From the NCBI GenBank assembly GCA_013239625.1, contig MU053493.1, positions 2,179,793 to 2,243,792 of the forward strand: a stretch of 64,000 bases of DNA, in the 5' to 3' direction. This document shows positions 1 through 11,699 of this stretch, in pieces. The position numbers and the translations under genes were made by a program. The number at the start of each line of letters is the position of its first letter. The stretch's first letter is position 1. Under the pieces are notes generated by a model. It saw only the letters and a program-made list of their open reading frames with translations, did not search any database and was not told the DNA's origin. This DNA comes from Lama guanicoe. Taxonomy: Eukaryota.

Positions 1-3000
1 GAAGACTCTTGTGGAAACATCTTTACACTTTGCTGGTGCCCACAACTGGGGACACTAAGTGGTTTATCACACTCAAGACATTTATCCTGCATGGTCTCAG
101 GGTCCAGCTCCCTAGCTCACCTCACGGCACATGAACCGAGGGATGTGGGTTACAAAGAAACCACCTGAGTTGTATATAGAGATACACACAGAACAGTCTA
201 GGACTCCATCCAGAGGGACGCGTGGGGATACCTGCAGATGGAGGCCTGCACTCCACGAGGTCCCGAGCCCCCATCAACGACCCCCTCCCCGCCAGTGCCC
301 TTCCAACAGACCCTGTCACCCTCTGGTCTCTGTCCTCTCAGGAAGAGAGTACCATCCCCCAGACTGGGCTGTGGGAACAATTCACTCTTCCTGAGAAGAT
401 TCTCAATAGTCACTCAGAGGTAACAACCAGAGAAAGCCTATTACAGCTGTTTCCAGACACAATTCGAAACGATGCATTTACTTCATTTATGCTTTTAAGC
501 ACACAGTGACCGTATTAGGTATCTTTGTCTACCGTGTTTTCAATCTCTTATCCATGCTCTTTGTCTCTTGCAAGAAGTAAAGTTTTATTACATTTTCAAT
601 TAAGAGTGTGTCTGATGGTGCAAAACAAAAGAATTTACACTGAGAAGTGATTTAAGCAAATATAAACAAATGTCATGTTTTAATAAAAAATGAGTATTTT
701 TTCAATGAACCACTTCGAATTTCACTTGGCTTGAGTGGTTCCATTAGGCTCCACTTTAATTAGACCATTTCAGTCTCAGTTTTCTGGTTAGTCTACCTTC
801 CCCTGATTAAACTTAATACTATTAGTAAATGTAAAGCAAAGTGCATTAGTCTATCTCTGTAAGCAAGATAGGGGGTTTCAGATACATAAGCTGCTTTATT
901 AACACAGTGAAATTTTGCATTCATTCAAGGACCTGTGCCCATACGGGTACAGTCTACCTTCTTAAGCGCTAAGCATTAAGCTTCATCTTTAATGTGATCA
1001 AGGAAAATACATTCTCTTGAATTCAAGAGGGCAGATCTTGACTGTAAGAAACCCCCAGTGTGGATTTATAACAAATTTTCTGAATAAATAATCACCCCAA
1101 ATACATTTACATTAAACATATTAACCTTTAACTCATCTAAATTTTTAAATAGCGCATTAAACTTCTATTTGCTCTCAATTCAGGGCTTGAAAGAAAGCCC
1201 TACAGGGCTTCTATAATTCATATGAAAGGTTTAAGTGATTCATCCATTTTTTCCCCACAAAATATGGCCAAACATACAAATCTATAGTGAGGCTTGGGCT
1301 GAATTTCTGATGGGCACAGTTAATACATGCAGCATAAGATTTTAAGCTTTCTTACACTGAAAAAACGATCACCATAGCAATGAAGAGAGAGAGGGGGAAA
1401 AAAAAACCCTCATCCAGGCTGAAGTTCATGCATCATATAATTCCAATTCCTGGGCATTTGCATATCTCATTAAATACTGCAGTTGAGGAAAACAAAAACA
1501 CAAAGTCCAAGCTGAATGGAAAGGCAATCAAAACTATTTTTTTTCATCAGTTGTCTGTAGGTTTCCAGTAAAATTGACACTATGGTAAGAATCAGTTCGC
1601 ACTTTAGTATACATCTATAGGGCTGGTCTCTCTAAACTTGGGACTCCTACTATTTAATATTATTATCTGACTCCTATTACTACCACTCCTGGGACAGCTC
1701 CCCTGAGTTAAGTTCCAGTGGTCGGTCACTGCTCTGACGAGTGCCCAGCAGGGTGGGCGAGAGGATCATAGTTCTTAGTGCCACACACTGGGTTCATAGG
1801 GCTAGTAGTCTCCCTACAGTATAAGAACCTCCAAATGCCTGCTGGAAGCCCCCTTTTTTGAGAAAGGAAAACACAAAAGAAAAAAACTTCCTTAATTTGG
1901 CAGCTTCTGATGCAAAGGAAGCCATGAAATAATGAATTGGATATGACAGCATTTTATTTGGTCCTGAGTGTCTGCTGCAGTAAATCTCAGTCTGAGGTGT
2001 AAGGAAGCTGGATTTAAGTCCCACGGAACTAAAGAAGGAGGTTTGGTGGTGGATAAATTTAAGAACTCCAGGAAGGAGCGTGGCACAGTGATCAGGTGCA
2101 GGGCCTGTAGGGACCATCGGTCTGAGCTGGCCTCTGGCCCACCACTGAAACCCCCACATCATCCTGTGCTCCAGGTCCTCCTCAGGTGGCAGGATGACAC
2201 AGGTGCCCCACCCAGGCATCAGGAGAACCAGGTGGCAAGAACACCTGGAAAGGGCCCAGCATGTGGCATGTTTACAACCTCGCTTGTTAGGACGGAACCC
2301 ATACGTAAATGATGGATCTGGAGGAAGTTTCCGAAGTGCCTCAGTTGGTCCTGGTGAGCCGGCCAGATGGAGACACTCTAGCTGAGTGTTAAGCGCATGG
2401 GCTCTGAAACACACAGCCTGGGTCAAAGCGAGCTCAGCCACTAACTGGAGGCACAACCCGGGGCAGGACTGAGCCTCACTGTACGCGCATCACAGAGTGG
2501 TCCTGACCAGAGAGTCTGGGTCAGGGACAGTGAGGAACGAATGGTGGCAATTGCTGCTATCACCCCCATCACCTGCCCAGGACCGGCACAGCCCCAGGCA
2601 CTTCTGAACCTTCACAACAGACATCGAAGCTGGAGGCACGGGGAGGAAAGGCAGCTCTGCCGGATGGAGTAAACTGAGGCATGCCTTCCCTCGTGCAGGA
2701 AGCCAGAAATCAATCCCACCTGAACCCCCACCATTACCGATCCCAAGGACAGCCTCCGCCAAGGTGGGGCAGGCCAAGGTGGGTGGGGGGACTAGGAACT
2801 GCTGGGCCCCACCCCCCAAAAAAACACAAGACCCTGAGCAACCACCCACACCAACCCCTTCCACTCATCAACTCAGTCGTCTTCTGTAAATGCCAGCAGG
2901 GTAATGAAGGATGGCCTGAGTGACACAGATCCAATGAATAAGGACCTGGAGGAGTCAAGAAACCAAGTGACCTCTTGGGACCAAACGGGGAGGAAACCTG

Positions 3001-3021
3001 ATGAAGGGAATTCAAATTAAC

Positions 3022-3088
3022 TTGGGACATTACGCTGTACACCAGAAACTGACACACTGTAACTGACTATACTTCAATTTAAAAAAAC
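3022..3088 (+). mobile_element. Severely 5'-truncated camelid-type L1 3' end
   Basis: gggacattacgctgtacaccagaaactgacacactgtaactgactatacttcaatt followed by an A tail; same 3' terminus as the copies at 21625 and 53795. Confidence 0.85.
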
Positions 3089-3099
3089 CCAAAACATCA

Positions 3100-4360
3100 G
3101 AAAGAGACTGCACCCAGAGACTGAGGACCCCGCCAGCTGCAAACCCAGTGCTGTGAACAAGCAGCAATCAGAGGACAACAGAGAGTTCTCCAAAAATACC
3201 ATGGCTGTCCTCGTAATGAAAAATTCACCAGGAGGGTCAAACCGGAGCACGGGTACGGCTGAGGCCCAAGTTGTTATCGAGAAAACAGAGCAAGAAATAT
3301 CCCAGGAAGTAAAGAAAAAGAGAAGGAAAGTATTACACAATGTCAAGAACTCCAGGGCATCAACTTATATACCTGCAGCAGGAGAAACCCTTACACCTAC
3401 TCCAAGGAGCATAAACTCAAGAAGACCAAGGACTAGGAGGAGAGATATAATTTGGGACTTAATGAAAGAAAGTCCCTCAGAAAATTTCTCTTGAAATGGC
3501 CAACAGTCAAATCATTAGCTCTACATAATTCACTTCGGTGTGTTGTCATCATACAGAAAATCAACACACAATTATCCTTCCAGAAATTACAACAGAAAAC
3601 ATATTCTCATCTCTCAACATTACAGATGTCATTTTTTCTGGAAAGTAATCTATAAAATCAATGTAACCACAATCAGAAGGAAATCATTATTGGCACAGAA
3701 CTTTACAAACGGATTCTAAAATTTACTGAAGAGAATATGCACAGAAGTAGCCAAGAAAATTGTGAAAAAAACAAGAGCAATTTACTGTAAAGCTAGACTA
3801 ATCAAAAAATTGCATAAGATGGACAAGCAGATTCATGAGCTAGAGATTAATAAATACACCCATGTCCATAACAACAGAGAGTGGAGGACATTTCAATGTG
3901 GTATTGAACATTCAAAAAATGCTGCTGGAGAAATGGCTCTCCATTTGGGGGGAAAAATGTGAGCACCTAACTCCATACACTATACAAAAATAGGTTTGGG
4001 ATCAATTACCTAAACATAAAAAGTTAAGCTATAAATGTTTTAGAAATACACAGCTGCAAAATTGTGGGGCAAGAGAGATCTTTTAAAATAAGAAAGAAAC
4101 CCTAGAAACCACATAAGAAGAAAAGCCAACAGATTTTGCAAGATAAAAAGCTAATGTGATTCTGTATTTTTTAAAAAGGCACTTCATTAAAAATTAAAAG
4201 ACAAAGACAAACCACGGACTGGGATCAAATATTAGCCACTTAAAGTGAAAAATAATCACTATATTAAGAAATCCCACAATGAACACAGCCTTACAGCAAA
4301 ATAGACAAAAGATAAATAAACACACACTTTGCAGGAGAAATTCAAATGGGCTGTGAAATC
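3100..4360 (+). mobile_element. Old degraded L1 fragments (ORF1-like, then ORF2 3' half)
   Basis: A-rich plus strand with L1 ORF2-like stretches such as ttacaaacggattctaaaattt and ctccatacactatacaaaaat. Confidence 0.6.
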
Positions 4361-4369
4361 TTGTTACTT

Positions 4370-5760
4370 ATCTCCTTGCTGTTTCATTTATTCTTTGCGC
4401 CTCCTTTCCTTTATTTTCTGCCTTCTTTTGGAAGAACTGGGCAGTTTTTATGACTACATTTTATTTCTTTTGTTAGTTGATGAGCCAATTCTTTTTAAAA
4501 GTTTTTTTAAATGTTGGTGGTTGCTTCAGGGTTTATGGCAGACATCTTCACCTTACCCCAGTTCACCACATAGAGTTTGAGAACCTTACACTCTATCCCC
4601 CCTCCTCTTGCCTCTATACCATTTTTTCATACAATTTACCTATAGGTATGTTATAAACCCCACAATACCTTGGTTTCTTTTCCTTCATATTTCCTGTTCT
4701 TTGTGCACATTGAGTTTCTTGGGTCTGCGGGTTTACAGTTTTTACCCAGTTTTGAAAAAACACTTGGGTATTATTTTCTCAAATTGTTTTTTTCTGTCCA
4801 TCCCCACTCCTTTAGGTACCCATCCCACAGATACCAGGCTTCTTGAAATTTTCCCACACAGCTCACTAATGATCTTTCCATTTTCACAAAGTTCTGTTTT
4901 CTGTGTGTTCTACATTTTGGATAATTTCTGGTGCAGTATCTTGAGCTCACTAATCCTTTCTTATCTCTAATCTGTCATTAATTTTGCCCGATGAATTTTT
5001 TCTCTCTTAAATGGAGTTCACTAGAAGCTCAACTGATCTCTTTTAGACCTTCCTGTCTCTACTTTTTAACATCTGTAATACAGCTGTAACAACCGTTTTA
5101 ATGGCCTTGTCAGCTATTTCTCATGTCTGAGTCAGTTCTGTATCAGTTTCAATTTGCCTATTTTTCTCGTCATGTCGGGTTATGTTTTCCTGTTTCTTTG
5201 CAAGCCTAGTAATTTGATTGGATGCCAGACACTTGCATGTTGTCTTGCTGGGTGGATATTTTTTAACACCTTTATTGTGGTATAATTTCTGTACAGTAAA
5301 CACATATTTACAATATACAATTTGATGAATTTTGACAGATGTACACACCCATGAAACTACCAGCACAATCAAGATATCTAACATTTCCATCACTCCCCAA
5401 GAGGTGCAAATTTCGAATTTCCCATTTACCCCTTCCCACCCTGTTTCCCCGCTGGTAACCATAAGTTTATTCCCTATGTCTGTGAGTCTGTTTCTGTTTT
5501 GTAGGTAGGTTCATTTGTGTCCTTTTTTTTTTTAAAAGATTCTGGGTGGATATTTCTGTATTCCTATGAACATTCTTGAACTGTGCTCTGGGAAACGTAC
5601 AAATTACTGGAGATTGTTTGACATTTGGATCCAGTTTTTAAGACCTGTCAGGCAGGCCTGGAGCAACATGTAGTCTGGAGTTTATGACGCCCCATGACTG
5701 AGGCAAGATTCTACTGAGTATTTGACCAGCTTTTCCAATGATTCACGAGGTTTTCCATCC
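4370..5760 (-). mobile_element. Old L1 (ORF1/5' region), interrupted by the younger insert at 5262-5541
   Basis: T-rich plus strand; the minus strand shows L1 ORF1-like sequence (…gattagagataagaaaggattagtgagctcaag…). Confidence 0.6.
5262..5541 (-). mobile_element. Chimeric L1 insert: camelid-type L1 3'UTR segment joined to an older L1MC/ME-like 3' end
   Basis: Perfect 14-bp direct repeat CTGGGTGGATATTT at 5248-5261 and 5542-5555; AATAAA and an A tail on the minus strand near 5262-5276. Confidence 0.8.
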
Positions 5761-6004
5761 AGGAAAACAGGTGGGAAAGCCTGGCTTCATGCGGAATACC
5801 GGTAAGGCCCCCTCTGCAGATACCCAGGGCTTCCTGCCTCTGTATGCCTCTCCTCCCACACACTGTCCTGAACACTCCAGCCACCTTGAAGTCCCCAGCC
5901 CCTCAGCTCGCTCTCCTTAACTCCACAAGTGTGCCAGGCTCTGCCCAGATTCCCCTACCTGTGGCCTGGAGACCTTTCTCATGGTTGGAGCTGGCACTCT
6001 AAGA

Positions 6005-6600
6005 ACTTACCACTGATTCTGGAGGGTCAAAGTGGAAGGAACACACAGTTGAACTGGACCAGAGTCACTGATCTGGGTCCCCTAAGCAGAGATTCTGGCC
6101 TTCAACCTTTTAGCTGGAGGAGTGAGGAGTGACTCTCACGTCTGTTTAGTTGGCTGGAATAGGAAGCCCAAGGTGGGCTGCAGTCAGTGAAGCTGAAATG
6201 CCAGACTTTCCAGGTGTATCTCAGGGGAGGGGGCTTGCAGGCCTGAGGAGGCTGGAATGACAGGGTGCACTCATCTTGGAAGACCTGCTCACCCATCCCA
6301 GAGGATCCAGAGAACCACCCTTTGCCATGCTGTGAGGATACATCTGTAAGGGGAGCCCTGCATCCTTGACAAGCTCTGTGGCCACTATTCTCTGTACATC
6401 AGAAACTGTAGTGGGTCTGCCTGGGCAGCCACCAAACTGCATTCCCCAAATGCAGTGAGGACTATGGGATCCCAGCATGGCAGGGGCCAAGCGGTGCCCC
6501 TTAATCACCAAAGACCAGGTGGGTGTGGCCAGTGTGCTGGTCAGTGGGGCCAGACCAGGGGTCGGAAGAGTCTGACCCCCAGGTATTGGCTCCTAGGGCT
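6005..6600 (+). mobile_element. ERVL-class internal (gag) remnant
   Basis: Segments such as gtggaaggaacacacagttg, cctaagcagagattctg and ggatcccagcatggcaggggccaag resemble the recalled HERVL/ERVL gag consensus. No intact ORF. Confidence 0.7.
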
Positions 6601-6964
6601 TCTGCCACTCTGACTGAACCCTAACTGACATACATTCCTATTGGGGTTGCTGCTAACATTTAGCAAGAAAAGTAAACCAAAAAGCCAGACTCCTCCAACA
6701 CTAACACAAAATGCAAACGGTGCTAAACACATCGCTAGATCTGTACGACACTCATCTTCCTACAGATCAGTACTTTTCAAAATGTCTACTTTGCTTTCCT
6801 AAAAAACTCTACCAAAATAAACTGTAACTTGTTATTTACAAAAATAAATTCTAAAAATGTTTTTAACCCCATGGTTATTAGTCTCTTAATAGTACTAGTT
6901 CTTACAAATAATCTAGTGGCCAGCTCAGTACTATTATCCACTCAAGATTTTTTTTTTAAGTATA

Positions 6965-7499
6965 CAGTAGTCCCCCTTATTCCAAGACCCCCAGTAGATG
7001 TGTGAAATTGCAGAGGGTACCAAACCCTTATATACTATTTTTCCCTACACATACATAGCTATGATAAAGCTTAATTTATAACTGAGGCACAGTAAGAGAT
7101 TAACAATAATAATAATAAAATAGAACAATTATAACAATATACTGTAACAAAATTTGTGCAAACATGGCCCCCCTCCTCTCAAATATTTTACTGTGCAAAT
7201 TTAAGGCCTTTTCCATCTTAACCAAGCACTCATCGCAAACTGGCCATACCTTCTGCAGTCTGAGGTACGACCGGAAAACCAGCATAAATTTCTTTTTCCT
7301 TCTTCACAATTTCATGGACAGAAGATTTGTTCTCACCGGAGACCTCAGCAACCTCTCAGCACACGATTTTTTTCTTTCTGTATTATTCCTCGTGCTTTTA
7401 CCTTTTCACTTAAAGGAAGCATTTTATTGGGGGGAGCATATAGCTCAGTGGTAGTGTGTGCTTAGCATGCATGAGGCCTTGGGTTCAATCCCCAGTTAA

Positions 7500-7538
<39 letters not shown>

Positions 7539-8013
7539 ATATCGAATCCCCTATTAAATAAATAAATGAATATCGAATCCCCAACCCCCCCAAGAAGAAA
7601 AAACAAAAAACATTTTTTTAAAAATAAATAAAGGAAGTACTTTCTGGCTTCTCTGTGGCATTATCTGAACTGCCAGCATCACTACTCTTGCGCTTTGGAG
7701 CCATTATTTAATAAAGTAAGGGTCACTTGAACACAGCACCGAGGTACTGTGACAGTCGATCTGATAACCGAGAGGGCTGCTGGGTGACCAATGGGTGGGA
7801 TACGCTGGACAAAAAAGGATGATTCACGTCCCAGGGGGTCGGAGAGGAAAGGCAACAGAGTTCACTGTACTACTCAGAACAGCACAAAACTGAAAACTTA
7901 CGAGTTGTTTATTTCTAGAATTTTCCATTTCATATCTTCGGACTGCAATTGACTATGAGTAACTCAAACCGTGTGCAGCGAGATGATGGACGTGGCGGGG
8001 GGGCTACTTACTG
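6965..8013 (+). mobile_element. MER44/Tigger7-type TcMar DNA transposon, interrupted by a SINE
   Basis: TA|cagtagtccccctta… start and …gggggctacttactg|TA end (terminal inverted repeats, TA target duplication); internal sequence matches recalled MER44. Confidence 0.85.
7429..7629 (+). mobile_element. Vic-1-type tRNA-derived SINE with an (AAAT)n tail
   Basis: gggggagcatatagctcagtggtag (A box) … gggttcaatcccc (B box); degenerate TSD aaaggaagcatttt (7412) / aaaggaagtacttt (7630). Confidence 0.9.
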
Positions 8014-8944
8014 TACGACTTGTGATCATGTGAGAGACTGTTTCCATTACTGATACATAAGCAATCACAAGATGTGTCACCGAATCATTTCCCAAAATTC
8101 CCTAATCAGAGCTATATAATCTGAATCTTAATTGCCATGGAGCATAATGGAGGGCCTTTTATAGTTCAATGTAAGGAAGACAATTATCTCAATCACAGGC
8201 GACACTGAACACATGTGAAAAATGAACATGGAATAAAAGTCACTGAACTTCTATCCTCTCTACCAGCAAAGCCACCACGAGTTTTCTCAGCAAATACTAC
8301 GGCTGGAAAGTCACAGCATCCCCCTGCCCCTCCCGGTCCCCTTCACATCACAGCAGCCTGCAAAGGGCAGTCTCCATCCTTGCCCCGCCAGCCAGCCTGC
8401 TGCCCACTCTCCTCCTCCTTCCTACCAGAAGCCCCCCCGCAGCCCGGCAGTGACTCTGGACCAGAGGCTCACACCCACCTCATCTCACTCCGTCTGTTTG
8501 ATGGGCTCCAAGGGAGGAAGGGGAAGGAGACGCAGCAGAGGCCATGCCAGGCCCACCCTTGCCAGCCCATGGGAGAGAAGATACTGCAGACAGACCCACC
8601 GCAGCACTCACCACCCCGCCATCGTCATGGGCCCCTCACTCCTGTCCTCACCAGCCAACCCCTGCAGGGTGTCAGGCACGGCCGAGGGGGCCCTGGGGGT
8701 GGCGGCCCAACATCGCCTCCTCCATCCACATCGAGGGGCAACCACTCCCTTCACAGAGGGCAACTCACCCTCATGGTCATTAGTGGAGTGGACACTGTGG
8801 CCCCCAGGAAATGAACCAGAATAATCACAGGGGCTTCTTCAGTCTTACACCCCACACCCCAGGAAGATGGAAACAAATCATTAGAGTAAAGGCTAACATT
8901 GGAGCTTGGGATAAAAGAAAGATTCATTACAAAAACATGTATCA

Positions 8945-9182
8945 AACCCACAATGAGGTATCGGCTCACACCTGTTGGGCTGGCTATTACCAAAAAGGCA
9001 AGAAATAGCAAATGTTGGTGAGGATGTGAGAAAAGGGACCCCTCATACACTGTTGGCGGGAATGTGAATTGGTGCAGCCACTCTGGACAACAGTATGGAG
9101 GTTCCACAAAAAACTAGAAATAGACTTACCATGTGACCCAGCAATCCCACTTCTGGGTATTTATCCAAAGAAAACAAAAACT
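8945..9182 (+). mobile_element. L1 ORF2 C-terminal fragment
   Basis: cacaatgaggtatcggctcacacctgtt…gacccagcaatcccacttctgggtatttatcc, the typical L1 ORF2 C-terminal region. Confidence 0.85.
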
Positions 9183-9849
9183 CCGTATGCGCTGTGTTAA
9201 GACATGAAGTCTGGGGTTTGTCACAGCAGCTGGTGTGACCCTAAGCAAGGCCCTCGCCCCCTAAGTCAGAGGGGCAGTCAGTCAAGCTAGGAGAGCCCTC
9301 TCTCTTCCTCCCGGAGTGTGGGAGGTAACAAGTCAGTGGGGCCGCACCCTGGAGAGCAGCGAGCTGGCACCTGGGCGCTGAGAAGTTCTGCCGCAGTGGC
9401 TCCAGCTGGTGCCACTCTCCTTGGGCGAGGCCTGAGATCCCACCTACTGCTCTAGTGCCCCCCAGGACACACCTGAGCCCCCTCCCCAAGAAGGCCCCAC
9501 TCCTCAGCAGCAGTGAGTACACACATCCTTTGCGGTAAGATGATGGGTCCTGTGAGAACCTGCATCCCAGGGCCAGAGCCAGGGCACTGCGAAGGGGGGC
9601 TGGGAGATGTGCACCATCCCTCTCGTCCCACACACCCACCCAAAGGAGGTGTCTGCACTGGGGGGCCGAGGAGGAGGGGCAGAGCAGGCTGTCTCCATGA
9701 CCCAAGCCACTCCACATCACAGCCACAGTGTCGGGCCCCACGGCCCACGTGCCTGCCGCCACCTCCCTCTGCACAGAAGAGTCAGCTTCTCGGTACATGA
9801 GCTGCAATTTACTTGTAAATAATCCAGCAAGGGGCTTGGGTGACACAAG

Positions 9850-9960
9850 ACTGGAATGTTGACACTGCTGATGACGGATGCGGGCACATGGGGGCCCATT
9901 ATACTAGTCTCTCTACTTTTGTGCCTATTTGAAAATTTCAATATAAAAAAATTTTAAGGA
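9850..9960 (+). mobile_element. Old L1 3' end fragment
   Basis: gggcacatgggggcccattatactagtctctctacttttgtg…aaaa resembles L1M 3' termini. Confidence 0.65.
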
Positions 9961-10918
9961 AATTTCTCAAGATATAGTAGAAGAGGAGGCCCACTGAATT
10001 AAACCCCTCCTCCTTCCTGACACCTTTTCAGGATGTCACAGTTACTCTAGTGAAGGAGGAGGTGTTTACAACAGATAGGTTTGTGGCGATTTTTTTCTAT
10101 TTCCATTAATATTTAGTACATGTCCTTATCTCCAAAGTCCCATCACTTAAAGAAGAGATTTTAAATAATTGATTACTACAAAAGAGGGAAGAAGTCACGC
10201 CATCTTTTTCATTATCCATCAAATCCCGGAAAACCTCTTCCTCTAGTCCTGACACAGACACATAAATATATTAATGCATGCACCGAGGAGAACATACACA
10301 CGAATCAATAGATGCAAATTCGCCTGGGGTGCTTCTCAGATGGAAAAACCATCACCCTCTTTCCACCTGCCCTCCCCAGCACCATGCCCCAGCTCCGGGA
10401 GAGAGGGCTAGGGGGATCCCTTTCTTCAGCCTTCCATTCAAATACAGTCTCTCCAGATAAACAGAAATACCGCACCGAGTTTCACAGTCTCCTAAACACA
10501 CAAAAAAGCCAGCATTTCTGGAATTCAGATAAGACACATTCTGTCCGCGTATCACGCATAAGCACATGTAGGTGCCCGGACACGATTACCGGTCTAGAGA
10601 AATCACTTGCCTCTGCATTTACTGCGTTATCTTTGCTGGGGGGCGTGTCCTCTAAGGCGGCACAGCACAGAACGAACAAAGAGGGCGCTCGTGAGCACCT
10701 GCGGCCAACAGCGCGATGCTGTCCCGGGGGCCAGCGCGAGGCGCGGCGGTCACTACTTACGCGCCTCTGCACTGGGAGGTCATGAGGACAGGGTGCTAGG
10801 GCTCCCGCTGTCTGCAAGGAAGCTGGACTGCTCTTGGGCATCGCCTTGCCAGCGCTCACACCTCCGCAGGTAGACAGCCCTGCTCCAAGGCCACCGCAGA
10901 CACCTGGGTGCGACTTAC

Positions 10919-10975
10919 CACGAGGGAAAGAGGCCTTTTCCAGGAGACAACGCCGATGAGTCCAGACAGCAGCAC
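10919..10975 (-). CDS. ENTREP2: Internal 57-nt coding exon (phase 0/0; exon 2 by homology) of ENTREP2/FAM189A1, encoding [19 protein letters not shown] in the N-terminal CD20-like transmembrane region
   Basis: Minus strand reads ccttcctgctctctctgtcccccag|GTGCTG...CTCGTG|gtaagt, a strong acceptor and consensus donor. The peptide matches the human FAM189A1 segment as I recall it (...[31 protein letters not shown]...). Flanking exons are not in the window. Confidence 0.93.
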
Positions 10976-11699
10976 CTGGGGGACAGAGAGAGCAGGAAGG
11001 TGAGGAACCTCCGAGGATGGCACATTCATAGCCTGCAGCCACCATGCGGGGCCAATGAAGATGACCAGCTCTGCGTGCACTTTGCTGAGAGCAAATGCTC
11101 TTTCTGAAAGAACCTCCACCAGCTTTCTTCTCCTCCCTCGGGTCTTCTGAGATACTTAGCTGTGTGATTTAAACATCACAGAGAGGACTGGACACACTAC
11201 TCTGGGAAAGGCGGTGCTGTCCCACTCACATGTCACCCACCACCAGCCTTCTCTGTGTGGGCTCCAGGCACGGCAGGCCCACAGTCTCCCTCTGTCCTCC
11301 CACCCCCTGGGGTCCTCCAGCCCCTGCAGGGCCTGCCCCTCACTCTCGGCATGGCCCCCAACCCACCGAGGAGGCTCTGAGCTGCCCGCCCCTCTCCCAG
11401 GCCCCCAGGTCCCCAAGGGGGTTCCCCCGGGACTCCCCAGCAGTCATCCCTCTGCCCGGTTCCCCCAGTGCCCTGGGTCTTCTGACTCTCAGGAGAAACA
11501 TGCTGGGCTCCCGGCCCTCCTTTGGGGCTGGGCCACCTCCTGAGGGCACGTGAGACCCACACTGGCTGATACCCACACTCCCGGGCTCCTGGCGTCCAGC
11601 CAGGGCCAACAGACCCTGGAGACACTACCGCTCCCCACCCACCGCAGTCTGGCTTTGGCCCCCACTCCCCTGCAGACACTCTTCTCCCAAGGTCATCCA

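Noticed and set aside
1794..2456. Longest ORF in the track (220 aa, minus strand)
   Set aside because: No recognisable domain and no splice or start context; consistent with a chance ORF in intronic DNA.
8215..9846. 199-aa and 201-aa ORFs in GC-rich sequence
   Set aside because: Pro/Gly/Ser-rich compositions expected where stop codons are scarce; they overlap ORFs in several frames and show no family resemblance.
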